Positions 30,873-41,605 of a stretch of DNA of 63,710 bases are shown here, piece after piece (position 1 is the stretch's first letter; each line of letters begins with the position of its first letter). The notes under the pieces were generated by a model. It saw only the letters and a list, made by a program, of their open reading frames with translations, was not told the origin of the DNA and made no database searches. The translations under genes and the position numbers were made by a program. The stretch comes from an uncultured Rhodopirellula sp. Its GTDB lineage: Bacteria; Planctomycetota; Planctomycetia; Pirellulales; Pirellulaceae. The stretch is from positions 1 through 63,710 of the forward strand of contig CAXGAI010000024.1 in assembly GCA_964007735.1 (NCBI GenBank), read 5' to 3'.

Positions 30873-31757
30873 TTAGGCAATCACAAAGGTGGCATCGCCT
30901 TCACGGACCATAGCAAACGTATGCAGAACAATGAGAGTCCCGCTCTGCCCCGCGATCAGTTCCTGACACTGAGTTCCGTCGATGGTACGAACCGTTCCTA
31001 GAACATCACCCTGATTCACTTTGTCTCCCAAACCATAGTTGGGTGTAAGTAAACCATCAAACGGAGCAGGGTGACAGATTTGCATATGCCCCGAACCTTC
31101 GCTGGGATCCTCGACAATCGTTTGGACCCGGGATTCAGGTTGTTCGCGAATGATCATTTCAAGCATTCCAAGAACATTCAGACAGCCGTCGACGTAATCC
31201 ATGACTCCCTGTGGCGAACAAACAGCTGCTCCTTCATACTCTGCATAGATTGCGGGGATATTGTTTTCACAGGCAATCGACATACTTCGCCCCTGAAGCC
31301 GCCAGTCCGTTCCCCAAATGAACGGGAGATTAAATGCCTTCGCCATTTTCCGGGAGCCTTCTAAAGACTCGACATGCGGATTAAGTGGATAGCCCGTCAA
31401 TGGAAATACCGAAAACCTGGTTCCGCCTGTATGCAAATCAATGTAATAGTCTGCTGACTTGATCAGTTCCGTTAATTCATGACCAACCTGCATCGTAATG
31501 GAACCTTTGGGATCACCCGGACAGATTCGAGCCAGATCCAGATTATCGGATGCCGTACGATCGCCTAGTAGGAAGGCCTCAATATTCACGCATGGAACGA
31601 GCGTTAGTTTACCCTTCTTTAACCGGCCGGAAAGCTGATCTATTAACACATGAATGCATTGCATCGGCTCAAACTCGTCGCCATGCACGCCGGCTGTGAT
31701 TACCAAGTGAGGTCCAGCCTCACCACTCTCTATAATTGTTTTGGGGAAACAAGTCAC
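30873..31757 (-). CDS. Succinylglutamate desuccinylase/aspartoacylase (M14) family protein
   Basis: AGVHGDE, DLARICPG, IDLH, C-terminal barrel-sandwich. GTG start chosen downstream of CAGGAG. Confidence 0.85.
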   Translation of the reverse strand: MTCFPKTIIESGEAGPHLVITAGVHGDEFEPMQCIHVLIDQLSGRLKKGKLTLVPCVNIEAFLLGDRTASDNLDLARICPGDPKGSITMQVGHELTELIKSADYYIDLHTGGTRFSVFPLTGYPLNPHVESLEGSRKMAKAFNLPFIWGTDWRLQGRSMSIACENNIPAIYAEYEGAAVCSPQGVMDYVDGCLNVLGMLEMIIREQPESRVQTIVEDPSEGSGHMQICHPAPFDGLLTPNYGLGDKVNQGDVLGTVRTIDGTQCQELIAGQSGTLIVLHTFAMVREGDATFVIA

Positions 31758-31761
31758 GATG

Positions 31762-33255
31762 CTACTCCTGTCGGACCTCCTCAAACGGGTATAAAGGGCG
31801 GCGGCGGTACCTGTAGTCCAGCTGCCCCATATCCGCAGTGGTCACGCCGGCCGTATTCGCCCGAACGATCTCACGACAAACAGGCTGGTACGCGGCGATA
31901 GGTGCATTGACACCTTTGGTAATCAAAATATGGAAAGATGTCGGATCAACATTAAAAGTCGTCAACTGTTTAATGCTAAAGGGAGGTTGTCGTTTAGACG
32001 TCACCATGATTGTCAGACCTGAGTTATGCTTTACAACCACTGTATCGCCCTGATCACAATCAGTCGCTCCACCATGGCGTGGCTGAGGCTCAAAGAACTT
32101 GCCGTCATACTTCCCTAACAATTCAACCTCACCCTCCCACGGCGTACCGTGCAAACGATCAGTCTTAGCACCTACCTTAACCTTAACAACATCTCCAATA
32201 TCGTTCTCTTTTAACGCTTGGACCACCAAGGGATCGTAGAGGCAAACAAATGTGTTTGTTAGTGCCTGCCTCTGACATTCGTGTAACAAGATCGTGCTAT
32301 CAGCAGGTGAACCGCCACCCGTGTTATCACCCATATCTAATAAACAGATCGGCCCCTTCAGTTGAGAACACTTAACAACTGTATCCTCGACATTTTCCAG
32401 ATCTGCCTGGAAATCCTGACGATGTTCAAACAGATAAGTTTCCAATTCAGCAGCATATTGTTTTGCTTTAGGCTCATCATTATCGGTCACCACAATAAAA
32501 GCAGCCCCCATCTCTTCCACGTCAGAATAAGGAAACCCAAGCATAATACTGTTAGTCAGTACGTCCTTATCTTTCATTTGTCGATTCGCCAGTTGGTACA
32601 GTGGTAAACAAGGTTCGACCAAAGTCTCCTGTTTTTGAATATTGATCGCAATGGGTGGCGTGACCACGGCCATCGTTGGTGTAATCTTACCTCGCAACGT
32701 ATCCAATAGAAGCTTCGCCGCCTGTCGACCAACCTCAAACTGGTCCAGATGGGGATTACTACGATAAGAAATCATGGCGTCACAGGCAGTAGCCATTTTA
32801 TGTGAGAGATTCCCATGGGGATCGAGCGTGGCAATCATCGGGACATCCGGACCAATGATTTTACGAACCTCTTCCAGCCAATATCCATCGGCATCCGGTT
32901 GTTTTTCGGAAACCGTAGCACCATGGGGTGCCGCAAGCACTCCGTCCAGCGGGCCCGCCTGGCGCAATAACTCCAGAATCCTTCCAACGATTCGAGTGTA
33001 GGCATCGGCAGTAATGGTTCCATAAGGAATAGCCCGAGCCATCATGATCGGTACAGCTTCGAATTCGTCAACATTTTCATCCAGCGCGGAAAAAAAACCT
33101 GTCGTCTCGTGATGAGCTCCGGACATTCCGAGAGGAAATTCATTGCCTTCCAAAAGCCAGTCGTTTTGAAAAGCCTCGTAGTCTGTCGGAGTCGAGATAA
33201 ACGTGTTCGATTCATGAAGAAAGCCAATGACGCCAATTCGTTTACGTTCCAACAT
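31762..33255 (-). CDS. M81 family metallopeptidase (MlrC-like)
   Basis: HESNTF, HGA, DPHGN, YRSNPHLD, GFPYSDV, DMGDNTGGG, C-terminal RRPLYP. Confidence 0.9.
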   Translation of the reverse strand: MLERKRIGVIGFLHESNTFISTPTDYEAFQNDWLLEGNEFPLGMSGAHHETTGFFSALDENVDEFEAVPIMMARAIPYGTITADAYTRIVGRILELLRQAGPLDGVLAAPHGATVSEKQPDADGYWLEEVRKIIGPDVPMIATLDPHGNLSHKMATACDAMISYRSNPHLDQFEVGRQAAKLLLDTLRGKITPTMAVVTPPIAINIQKQETLVEPCLPLYQLANRQMKDKDVLTNSIMLGFPYSDVEEMGAAFIVVTDNDEPKAKQYAAELETYLFEHRQDFQADLENVEDTVVKCSQLKGPICLLDMGDNTGGGSPADSTILLHECQRQALTNTFVCLYDPLVVQALKENDIGDVVKVKVGAKTDRLHGTPWEGEVELLGKYDGKFFEPQPRHGGATDCDQGDTVVVKHNSGLTIMVTSKRQPPFSIKQLTTFNVDPTSFHILITKGVNAPIAAYQPVCREIVRANTAGVTTADMGQLDYRYRRRPLYPFEEVRQE

Positions 33256-33284
33256 GGTCTTCCCCTCCTGCATTGAACGAGCCG

Positions 33285-33947
33285 TTATAACACACCGTAT
33301 TTCTTATAGGCTTCCGTAGCCAACATGCCATTGATAATCGCATCGCGTGTGACATTTTCGTCATGTACTTTCTTCCAGGCATTTTGGATTGCCGTATCTT
33401 CGATTTCCTGAGGAATAACGACAACACCATCCTCGTCAGCAATCACAAGATCTCCCGAGCAAAAAGTAACGCCGTCAATTTGTACAGGTTCATCAATAGA
33501 AATCACTCGTTGACGATTCATGCTGTCATAGACACAACGTCCCGACGCGTAGACGGCAAATCCCAGAGCTTTAATCTTCGAGATATCCCGTACCGCCCCA
33601 TGAATGATCGCTCCCACACACCCTCGATTCTTAGAGGCTGTGGAAAGCAATTCCCCCCAAACTCCTGAGTGCATTGAACCATTAGCCGCACAAATCAAAA
33701 CGTCGTCCGCTTGGCAGGCATCGATAGCTTTCAATTCCAATTCATACGGGGAAGGGTCTTCAAAATCAATATCTTCCCACTGCGTTGTCTTACAACGGCC
33801 AACCAATACTCCTTCGCTTGTTTGCGGGGGTAAAGGTACACGAGGAGACTGATTTTTATAACCTAATGCATCGAGGGCATCGGAAACGACTGCGGCGTAC
33901 AATTTCTCCCGCATCATTTCGATTGTAATTTCCTGAGGTGCAGACAT
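33285..33947 (-). CDS. RraA family / HMG aldolase-like protein
   Basis: AVVSDALD, WGELLS, GAVRD, GDLVIADEDGVVVIP. Confidence 0.88.
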   Translation of the reverse strand: MSAPQEITIEMMREKLYAAVVSDALDALGYKNQSPRVPLPPQTSEGVLVGRCKTTQWEDIDFEDPSPYELELKAIDACQADDVLICAANGSMHSGVWGELLSTASKNRGCVGAIIHGAVRDISKIKALGFAVYASGRCVYDSMNRQRVISIDEPVQIDGVTFCSGDLVIADEDGVVVIPQEIEDTAIQNAWKKVHDENVTRDAIINGMLATEAYKKYGVL

Positions 33948-33961
33948 TGATTCTTCCTTTA

Positions 33962-34915
33962 TTACCGTTGAGCGGCGTGCATGAGCCCACGCATATAACC
34001 ATAAGCAAATAATCGTCCCAGTTGAGTGTAGCCCGGCTCACCTGCCTCTTCGCCAAAGAGCTGCGGTACATGATCAGGGCGAATAGGACCGTCAAATCCA
34101 ACTTCATAGTATGCTTTCACGGCCGCTGCCATGTCTGTAGGACCATTATCATGAAAGGTCTCTGTGAAGTTCTCTTTCGTGCCACGAATATCCCGAAAAT
34201 GCACATAACGAATATGAGGTCCAAGCTCATAGATAGTTTCCGGAATCCGAGCTCCCATCTCCACAAAAGATCCCTGACAGAAACAGATGCCGTTACGCGC
34301 ACTAGGAACCAACTCCACCAGGCGGCGAAATCCATCCACAGAATTCATAATCCGAGCACGCCCTAAAAACACTTCCAAAGGCGGGTCATCGGGGTGCATT
34401 GCCAGATCAATCTCCAACTCTTCAGCGACTGGAAGGACCTGCTCCAAAAAATACTTTAAGTTGTTCCAAAGCGCTTCAGCCGCTAATTCTTCATGCTTCA
34501 ACGGCTTCGATGCATCATCTAACGAGACAGCCAAATCTATTTCATTCAGATTGAACTGGGTCACTTTAGCGCCAGCGCGATCTAAAACGTCCGTCTTGGT
34601 ACGCACCCAATCCGTACCAGCCATGAAGTTATAGCAAAGCACGGGAATTTCTAGTTTTTTCATGATATTAAGAAGTGAGATGATTCCCTCAATCTCTTTA
34701 TCACGACCTTCAGTACCACGAATGATATTCTCCATCGCGATAGCATCTTCCACCGCAGCAATATCCATTCCATAACTACGAATCCGTTCGACAGCCGGTT
34801 TCCAATCTTCCAATGTGGGGCCTTGATAACGAATCGTGACGCATTCAACTCCCGTTTGCGCAGCCAAGGCAAGATTCTCTTCGGATAATGGTGTTAAGAC
34901 GGATGCTAGTTTCAT
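33962..34915 (-). CDS. uxuA: Mannonate dehydratase family protein
   Basis: CYNFM, WVRT, LWNNLKYFL, MHPDDPP, FCQGS, HFRD, RPDHVP, GRLFAYGYM. Confidence 0.88.
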   Translation of the reverse strand: MKLASVLTPLSEENLALAAQTGVECVTIRYQGPTLEDWKPAVERIRSYGMDIAAVEDAIAMENIIRGTEGRDKEIEGIISLLNIMKKLEIPVLCYNFMAGTDWVRTKTDVLDRAGAKVTQFNLNEIDLAVSLDDASKPLKHEELAAEALWNNLKYFLEQVLPVAEELEIDLAMHPDDPPLEVFLGRARIMNSVDGFRRLVELVPSARNGICFCQGSFVEMGARIPETIYELGPHIRYVHFRDIRGTKENFTETFHDNGPTDMAAAVKAYYEVGFDGPIRPDHVPQLFGEEAGEPGYTQLGRLFAYGYMRGLMHAAQR

Positions 34916-34925
34916 CGTTCTATCT

Positions 34926-35516
34926 TTATGCTTCAGGTTCCGGTGATATCGTTTGTTCTGGAGATAAGTTTAATGCCGCAATGCAAGCTTCAGGATCACT
35001 GCAGGAAAACACATATCGCTTCTGTTTTGCCCCCTTCATTACTTCTATGTGAACCCCGCTACCTGACCAACATATGTAACCCCAGCGTTTTGTTTTAAAA
35101 CCGTAACGAATACCTAATCCACCAAATTCTTTTATTCTGCACTCGGATGGATAAGCCTGCAGAATGTCCTGGCGAGTAAATCTATTACTCCAAAGTCCGC
35201 TACGATAACCAAATCGAATACCTAAATCACTTGCTTCTACTGAGTATTTACTGGTGGCTAAAAAAATCCACGACATCCCCCCAACCATCAGCGCTATGAA
35301 CGCCAGAACAACCACGAGCCCTGTACCACTAAGTTCTTCTTGCTGATTCTCCTTAGCAATCGCCTCGACGGGTTCCTCATCGAGCACCTGTTCTTCTACC
35401 CGAGGTGCTTCAACCTTGTTCAACATCTGGATTCCAACCGGAATAAGAATCACCGGCGTAATCAACATTAGATAAGACCACCAAGGAGTTTTAGATTCGG
35501 TATACACTTTCTTCAT
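34926..35516 (-). CDS. Hypothetical membrane protein (2 TM + PH-like C-terminus)
   Basis: Two hydrophobic helices; FGGLGIRY and YVFSCSDPE; ATGA-coupled to the upstream gene. Confidence 0.65.
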   Translation of the reverse strand: MKKVYTESKTPWWSYLMLITPVILIPVGIQMLNKVEAPRVEEQVLDEEPVEAIAKENQQEELSGTGLVVVLAFIALMVGGMSWIFLATSKYSVEASDLGIRFGYRSGLWSNRFTRQDILQAYPSECRIKEFGGLGIRYGFKTKRWGYICWSGSGVHIEVMKGAKQKRYVFSCSDPEACIAALNLSPEQTISPEPEA

Positions 35517-36217
35517 TCCAATACTTTACGAGCGGTTAGTAATGTCCATAAAACATGCTTCCACAAACAATCGACCTGTTGAAATTCTGCCTGCCTTAGC
35601 CAAGCTATCTGCTGGCCTACCGTGGCGTGATAGTCATGCTGCTGCTGATGTTCCATCCACATTTCCCATTCTTCAGCTGGAATTCCTTTCGAGTCCGCGA
35701 ACAGCTTCCAGACTTCCATGTGTCGTCGATAGATTCCCGGAGTTTCACCACGGAACTGATCGACAAACGTAAACACCCCATCGGGACGTAAACTGGCATA
35801 CACATCATTGAACAAACGCTGCTTGGCCGGATCATCTACATGATGAATGGCAATAGATGATACAACCAAATCAAACTCAGCGTCCGGAAGATCAAGGCTG
35901 TGGAAGTCCTGTTGTAAATAACTAACCCGATCGGTCCCACACTGCCTACGGCAGACATCCAGTATCTCAGCCGACAAGTCCAGAGCTACGACTTCCGCTT
36001 CCGGAAAGGCTTCCAGAACCCTGAGCGTCAAATTACCAGTGCCACAACCCAGATCCAGGATCCGTAACGGCTGTAAATCATTAGGCACGTAGTCCACCAT
36101 CGTCATCTGCATCTCGTCATATCGAGGAGCACAGCGATAAATGATATCGTTATACGACGACGCTAATTCGTCATAAAACTCTTCCGTTGAGCGTTCCGAA
36201 ATCGGTTCAGCAGTCAT
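35513..36217 (-). CDS. Class I SAM-dependent methyltransferase
   Basis: ILDLGCGTG, ALDLS, FDLVVSSIAIHH, LRPDG. Confidence 0.9.
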   Translation of the reverse strand: MTAEPISERSTEEFYDELASSYNDIIYRCAPRYDEMQMTMVDYVPNDLQPLRILDLGCGTGNLTLRVLEAFPEAEVVALDLSAEILDVCRRQCGTDRVSYLQQDFHSLDLPDAEFDLVVSSIAIHHVDDPAKQRLFNDVYASLRPDGVFTFVDQFRGETPGIYRRHMEVWKLFADSKGIPAEEWEMWMEHQQQHDYHATVGQQIAWLRQAEFQQVDCLWKHVLWTLLTARKVLE

Positions 36218-36229
36218 CCTATCTTTTTA

Positions 36230-37789
36230 TTACCGAATAAAGACGCCTTCGGTAATTCCCTTCCATTTATCAGTACGGAATGGTGTGGCTGGCAAGTGAG
36301 ACCGGTTTTGTAAATTGCAAATCGGGTTATTAGCCCATGCGTAACGAACGGATTCCGGTTCGAGCACTTCCTCGCTCCAGACTTCCACTTGATCTTTACC
36401 GATGATTCGAGCCTCTGCTTTGTGGAATTTCTTATCCGCCCCGGCAATCGTAAAACCAAGAACCTGACGGACATCATGAGTATCCAAACCACCACCCACG
36501 TGATCGAAAGTCACCGTCACGCGATCACCATTCACTTCGTGAGATTTATAAATGGGACTGCGATGCACAAGGGCTGAGTAACCATAATTCTGAGCTAATG
36601 CCCACCGGGCAAGTCGTTTGGCAACATCCTGTTTATTGCGTGGGTGAATATCGTGAGACTCACCCAGGTCCGTGATAATTGCTTCGCCTGTATTTGGAAG
36701 TTTGCTGAGCGTCATCGTTTGAGCTTCACGAAGTTCTGCCCAGTCAGCGTCCGTTGGTTCAGATGCTTCGTCTTTGAAATCAGCAAGGCTAACCCAGTAG
36801 AAGCTAAAGTCATCCTGCCCCCACGCCTCTCTCCAGGTTTTGATCATCAACGGAAACAATTCCTGATATTGTTTGGCTCGTGTTGCATTCGCTTCGCCCT
36901 GATACCAAATAGCTCCCTGAATTGGATAACCAATGATCGGGTTGAGTACACCCTGATAGAGATTAGCCGGGCGATGCTGACCGGCAAGTGGATTACGCGG
37001 ACGGCGCGGATAAGGCGGATTCGGCTTCCCTGCAGCTTTGGCTGCCGCAGCTCGCTGCTTCCAATTGGCTACAGCCTTTTGAAATTTATCTTCTACTGCC
37101 TCGGCATCGTATTCCTCAGCAAGCTGATCCCAATGCGCGAGCAGTTCGGTATGACCATGCTTTTGTAGAACGTCGCGTGGAATCCATGCTTCGCAAGCTG
37201 AACCACCCCAGGCATTGTCAATTAATCCAACAGGTACATTTAATGTTTGATGCAACTGGCGACCAAAGAAATATCCAACCGCTGAGAACTGCAGCACCGT
37301 CTCAGGACTAACGGCTTCCCACTTTCCTTCAAAGTTTTCCTGGGCTTCCTGCGTCCCGACTTGTGGCACGGTAATCAGTCGGATACGAGGAAATTTAGCG
37401 GCCAACGCTTCCAACTGCGGATCATTGGCTGAGGCGACAGGCCACTGCATATTGGACTGACCTGAACACACCCAGACTTCACCAACCAAAACATCACTGA
37501 TCTTGATTGTCGAGCTCCCCTTAATGGTGATCTCATGAGGCCCTGAGTTTGCCTTTAAGGCCGCCAGCGTAGCGATCCACTTTCCGTCAGCGGCGGCCGT
37601 TGCCGTCGCTGAGTTGCCTGCCATGGAAACGGTGACCGTCGTACCCGCCGTCTCTTTCCCCCAGACCACCACAGGTTTACCCTGTTGTACGACCATGTGG
37701 TTAGTAAACAAATTCGAAACCGATACCTCTGCCTGAAGTGCCGAAAAACTTCCCAACAAACAGATCATCGAAAAGATTACTTTTCTCAT
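36230..37789 (-). CDS. Sialate O-acetylesterase family protein
   Basis: Signal peptide; [49 protein letters not shown]. Confidence 0.92.
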   Translation of the reverse strand: MRKVIFSMICLLGSFSALQAEVSVSNLFTNHMVVQQGKPVVVWGKETAGTTVTVSMAGNSATATAAADGKWIATLAALKANSGPHEITIKGSSTIKISDVLVGEVWVCSGQSNMQWPVASANDPQLEALAAKFPRIRLITVPQVGTQEAQENFEGKWEAVSPETVLQFSAVGYFFGRQLHQTLNVPVGLIDNAWGGSACEAWIPRDVLQKHGHTELLAHWDQLAEEYDAEAVEDKFQKAVANWKQRAAAAKAAGKPNPPYPRRPRNPLAGQHRPANLYQGVLNPIIGYPIQGAIWYQGEANATRAKQYQELFPLMIKTWREAWGQDDFSFYWVSLADFKDEASEPTDADWAELREAQTMTLSKLPNTGEAIITDLGESHDIHPRNKQDVAKRLARWALAQNYGYSALVHRSPIYKSHEVNGDRVTVTFDHVGGGLDTHDVRQVLGFTIAGADKKFHKAEARIIGKDQVEVWSEEVLEPESVRYAWANNPICNLQNRSHLPATPFRTDKWKGITEGVFIR

Positions 37790-37854
37790 TTAAAAGACCT
37801 CATTTAGATTTCTATAACTCGCGTTACCAACCAGTTAACGATATTTATCTTTAC

Positions 37855-39069
37855 TTATTTAATTGTTATACCGCTTCTCAGGATACCGAAAAGTTTCTTC
37901 GACATCCGGTGAGTAGAGGGAACGGTTTGTCGCATGAAAACCATACTTACACCAGCATCAGGAATCACACGGAACTCCGTATTGGCATAACCACCCCAGC
38001 CGTATTGTCCAAGTGGTTTATCGGCCCCTGATATTTCTGCTGTTTCCACCGCGAATCCTAATCCAAACGACCTACCCCCACCAGGGACGACTTGATTCCT
38101 GAACATCTCTTTCAATGTCTCTTCTTTGAGGATACGCGTACCGTTGATTTGCCCCCAGCCAGCTAACATTTGTGAAAACTGACTATAATCTCCGATGGTG
38201 CTGACGAGTCCACCACCACCACTGTGGAACTGGAAACCGTCGCGGTAAGCGCTGTCACTCCACTTATCAACGATCACCTGACGATCACCTTCCCAAGTAT
38301 GACATGAAACAAATCGATTCAGCTTGCTCCTGGGAATATCAAAAAACGTATCATTCATATGGAGCGGTTTGAAAACCGAACGCTTCATATATTTCTCGAG
38401 AGATTCTCCAGACCAAATTTCGATCAAGGCTCCGAGAATGTCTACACTCAGCCCATAAGTCCATTTCTCACCGGGTTGATGCTGGAGAGGGATCTCAGCA
38501 AGTTGATCAGCTGCTTCACGAATAGACATCTTAGGTGGGTACATCCCGTTGTGTGTGTAAAAGACACCGCGAGAGTGGTATTCCTTACCGAATGGGGTGC
38601 CCGAGGCGGGGCTGTAGCTATAACCGGACGTGTGAGATAGCAAATCCCGCACGGTGACAGGACGCTCAGGTTCACGACGAGTCATTTTACCGTCCACAAC
38701 AACTCCGACTTTGACCTTCTTAAAAGACGGAATGTAGTTCGCCACCGGATCGTCCAGTTTGAACTTACCTTGTTCCCACAAAGTCATCGCCACAACAGAC
38801 GTAATCGGCTTGCTCATCGAATAGATTCTTAAGAGAGAATCTAATTTAAATTCCAATTTATCTTCCGAGTCATGATAACCCTGAACATCAAGGAGTACTT
38901 GCTTGCCATGGACATGAACGAGAATCATCCCTCCTTCAATCTCCCCTGCTTTTGTGGCTCGGGCAATTTCATCCTTTACTGCCTGACTCGCTATACCACT
39001 GAGGGTCGTATCAGCCTGAGCATAAGTTGTCGCAAATAGGAACAGTACCGTTAGTAGTATTTTCTTCAT
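37855..39069 (-). CDS. Exported serine hydrolase (beta-lactamase class C-like)
   Basis: SxxK motif (YSMSKP), LLSHTSG, QPGEKWTYG, GGGGL, WGG. Confidence 0.9.
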   Translation of the reverse strand: MKKILLTVLFLFATTYAQADTTLSGIASQAVKDEIARATKAGEIEGGMILVHVHGKQVLLDVQGYHDSEDKLEFKLDSLLRIYSMSKPITSVVAMTLWEQGKFKLDDPVANYIPSFKKVKVGVVVDGKMTRREPERPVTVRDLLSHTSGYSYSPASGTPFGKEYHSRGVFYTHNGMYPPKMSIREAADQLAEIPLQHQPGEKWTYGLSVDILGALIEIWSGESLEKYMKRSVFKPLHMNDTFFDIPRSKLNRFVSCHTWEGDRQVIVDKWSDSAYRDGFQFHSGGGGLVSTIGDYSQFSQMLAGWGQINGTRILKEETLKEMFRNQVVPGGGRSFGLGFAVETAEISGADKPLGQYGWGGYANTEFRVIPDAGVSMVFMRQTVPSTHRMSKKLFGILRSGITIK

Positions 39070-39100
39070 CTTGCTTCATCATTCCGGGGGAGCGGGTCAA

Positions 39101-40183
39101 TTACTTCATTTTCTTTGGATCGATCTCGACATGTTTCACGGTCTGTCTTCGCCACGTGTAGACCACATGAATTGTACCCGTATCATCCTGGATCACCGTC
39201 GGATATGAGTATTCGCTTTTATCTCTTTCCAGCGTGAGTACGGTTTTCCAATTTTTGCCATCCCGGGAGATTGCAACATTAAGCATATTACGATTCCCTG
39301 GAAAAGGAGCACGTCGAGTGGTGTGGTTATAGATAAGAATCTGTCGACCGTCCTGAAGCGTCGTTGCATCCGTTCCGGCATTTGGGTTTGGTAACGAGGT
39401 TGCCTCGGGCTTCGTCCAGGTTTTCCCTCCGTCGCGAGACCAGCTTTGCACGAGAACGCTCTCCTGAGTTCGACAGAGAACCTGCATCGAGCCATCTTCA
39501 TATCGCAGGATACTTGGCTGGATAGCATTGTATTTTTCGCCATCGTGAATGGGCCCAATGACTTCCCAGGTCTTACCACCATCCGGTGAACGTTCAAAGT
39601 GAACCCGCCAATTATTATGTTCGGTACTGGAAGGGCACAGAAGACTGCCATCCGCCAATTCAATGGGTGGATTTTTGACAGGCCCGATCAGGTGGCCAAT
39701 CGCTTTATCTTCTCCGAGCTTGATTGGTTTGCTCCATGTCCTGCCACCATCTTTGGAAGTCATTTGCATGCCCCACCATGAATGCGGTGTGGGACCAACT
39801 TTATAGAAAAGGACAAGCGGACCGTCGGTTAATTGAAAAAGAACCGGGTTCCAGCAGGGGTAACGTACTTCTTCCGATTCGACACCGTTGACGACCTCCA
39901 CAGGCCGAGTCCATTTACCACTCACTTTCCGGGATACCCAGATTCCTACATCCGGATTCTTCTCATGAGTGCCTCCAAACCAGGCTGCTACCAACCCCGT
40001 TGGCGTGCTTTCAATAGTGGACGCATGACATTGCGGCGTTTGACGCCCTTCAAGCGGGTAGATCCATTCCGCCGAAGTCAGGCCATTCGCACCAATCGGT
40101 GTTACCGTATCAAAGACCGACTCGTCTGATAATCCCGTCAGGGTTGTAAGCAAGCAAATAATGAAGATGGAGATTTGACGCAT
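39101..40183 (-). CDS. Exo-alpha-sialidase-like BNR/Asp-box protein
   Basis: Signal peptide from the ATG at 40183; Asp-boxes SKDGGRTW, SPDGGKTW, SRDGGKTW, SRDGKNW; HASTI, GPVKN, EYSYP. Confidence 0.87.
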   Translation of the reverse strand: MRQISIFIICLLTTLTGLSDESVFDTVTPIGANGLTSAEWIYPLEGRQTPQCHASTIESTPTGLVAAWFGGTHEKNPDVGIWVSRKVSGKWTRPVEVVNGVESEEVRYPCWNPVLFQLTDGPLVLFYKVGPTPHSWWGMQMTSKDGGRTWSKPIKLGEDKAIGHLIGPVKNPPIELADGSLLCPSSTEHNNWRVHFERSPDGGKTWEVIGPIHDGEKYNAIQPSILRYEDGSMQVLCRTQESVLVQSWSRDGGKTWTKPEATSLPNPNAGTDATTLQDGRQILIYNHTTRRAPFPGNRNMLNVAISRDGKNWKTVLTLERDKSEYSYPTVIQDDTGTIHVVYTWRRQTVKHVEIDPKKMK

Positions 40184-40280
40184 AAGATCTGACCAACGTA
40201 CCGCTAAATAGATTTCGTGAATAAAGACTCTCCTTCCATCATAACGCTTTGGAATTCGCCGGTGTGTTATATTGAGAAAC

Positions 40281-40775
40281 ATGGCCACTACCTCTCCACA
40301 AACAAGTCGACGGTTTGCTCATACTGAGTGGGGGTCAGCGCGCCGTAAGGCCGTGATGATTTTGTCCGCTACGATGCTGGTGGAGATTCTCCTGCAGTTA
40401 ATTCCTGCTATGCAAAGTCTATTACTGAGTTCGACAGCGACAGAGGAATCTCAGCTTAATCGCTGGGTTTACATTATGTTGCTGGCTGGCATTATGCAAA
40501 TCGGACTACTCGGTTATATGCTGTTGTTTATTGACTGGGTTACCTTGTGGGCGGCGACCCTGGGGAATCTGTTCTTTATCGCAGCCTATGCCGGATTGTT
40601 TGCGATTTTAATCTTGTCCAAAGGACAAAATGACATCCTTTCTTATTTACAGTTAGACTTAGAGCAAAGCCCGGCTGGTAAGCAGGCCATGTGGTGTATG
40701 GTCTGTATGTTTATGTTGATCGCTCAAAGTTTTTTTGCCGGACGCTACGCTCGTCGGTGGAAACGCGATAAATAG
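40281..40775 (+). CDS. Hypothetical 4-TM membrane protein
   Basis: Four hydrophobic segments; ends 3 nt before uppP. Confidence 0.65.
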   Translation: MATTSPQTSRRFAHTEWGSARRKAVMILSATMLVEILLQLIPAMQSLLLSSTATEESQLNRWVYIMLLAGIMQIGLLGYMLLFIDWVTLWAATLGNLFFIAAYAGLFAILILSKGQNDILSYLQLDLEQSPAGKQAMWCMVCMFMLIAQSFFAGRYARRWKRDK

Positions 40776-40778
40776 GTC

Positions 40779-41585
40779 ATGGAATTCTGGCAACTTCTTC
40801 TGTTATCCATTATTCAGGGGCTCACTGAGTTTCTACCGGTCAGTTCATCCGGTCACGTCGTTGCGTTGGGCACTTTTATCGGCATGGAGAGTACACAACT
40901 GGATGACGTAAACATTGCCTTACACTTTGGTACACTTTTGGCAATTTGCTTTGTGTACTTTCAGCAAATTAAGAACTTGTTTTCCAGCGAACGGAAATGG
41001 CTGACTTCTCTGGCGATCGGTTCCATTCCTGCCGGGGTGGTGGGTGTGACATTACTGATACTCGATTTGAACGAAATGCTTCACCAACCGGAAATCGCGG
41101 GGAGCATGCTCATTGTGACCGGATTATTTTTGTGGTTCGGCAAAGTGGAGGAAGAGTCCAACCCGAACGTGAAAACGTTCGTCTGTCTGAAAACTGCATT
41201 GGTTATTGGCTTGCTGCAGGCCTTTGCAATTTTGCCCGGGATCAGTCGTAGTGGAGTGACGATTGTTACTGGAAAACGCATGGGATTGCCATCTGCGTTA
41301 GCGGCAAGGTTTTCTTTTTTGCTCGCGATCCCAATAATTGGGGGAGCGAGTGGAATAACTTTATATAAGTTGTTGGCTGATTCCAGTGAGAAGTCAGTGG
41401 AATTAGCGCCTCAACAGGGGACCAACTTGTACCTATTATTAATAGGGGTGATTGTTTCAGCGTTGATTGGATATTTCGCTTTACGCTGGTTACTTGGCAT
41501 AATAGAGCGAGGAAATTTCCATCGGTTTGCATTTTGGTGTATTCCTTTGGGTGCCATATTGCTGATATATTCACTTTACGGTTGA
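40779..41585 (+). CDS. uppP: Undecaprenyl-diphosphate phosphatase
   Basis: QGLTEFLPVSSSGH, LHFGTL, PGISRSG, RFSFLL. Confidence 0.95.
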   Translation: MEFWQLLLLSIIQGLTEFLPVSSSGHVVALGTFIGMESTQLDDVNIALHFGTLLAICFVYFQQIKNLFSSERKWLTSLAIGSIPAGVVGVTLLILDLNEMLHQPEIAGSMLIVTGLFLWFGKVEEESNPNVKTFVCLKTALVIGLLQAFAILPGISRSGVTIVTGKRMGLPSALAARFSFLLAIPIIGGASGITLYKLLADSSEKSVELAPQQGTNLYLLLIGVIVSALIGYFALRWLLGIIERGNFHRFAFWCIPLGAILLIYSLYG

Positions 41586-41605
41586 TTTTCAACCAAACAC
41601 TACAC

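Noticed and set aside
31762..33255. Microcystin degradation (mlr) cluster
   Set aside because: Only an M81-family member is present; there is no mlrA or mlrD, and the serine hydrolase cannot be assigned as MlrB from motifs.
36644..37168. 174-aa antisense ORF (similarly 44754-45233 and 48731-49240)
   Set aside because: They lie antisense to well-supported genes and have no protein-like motifs.
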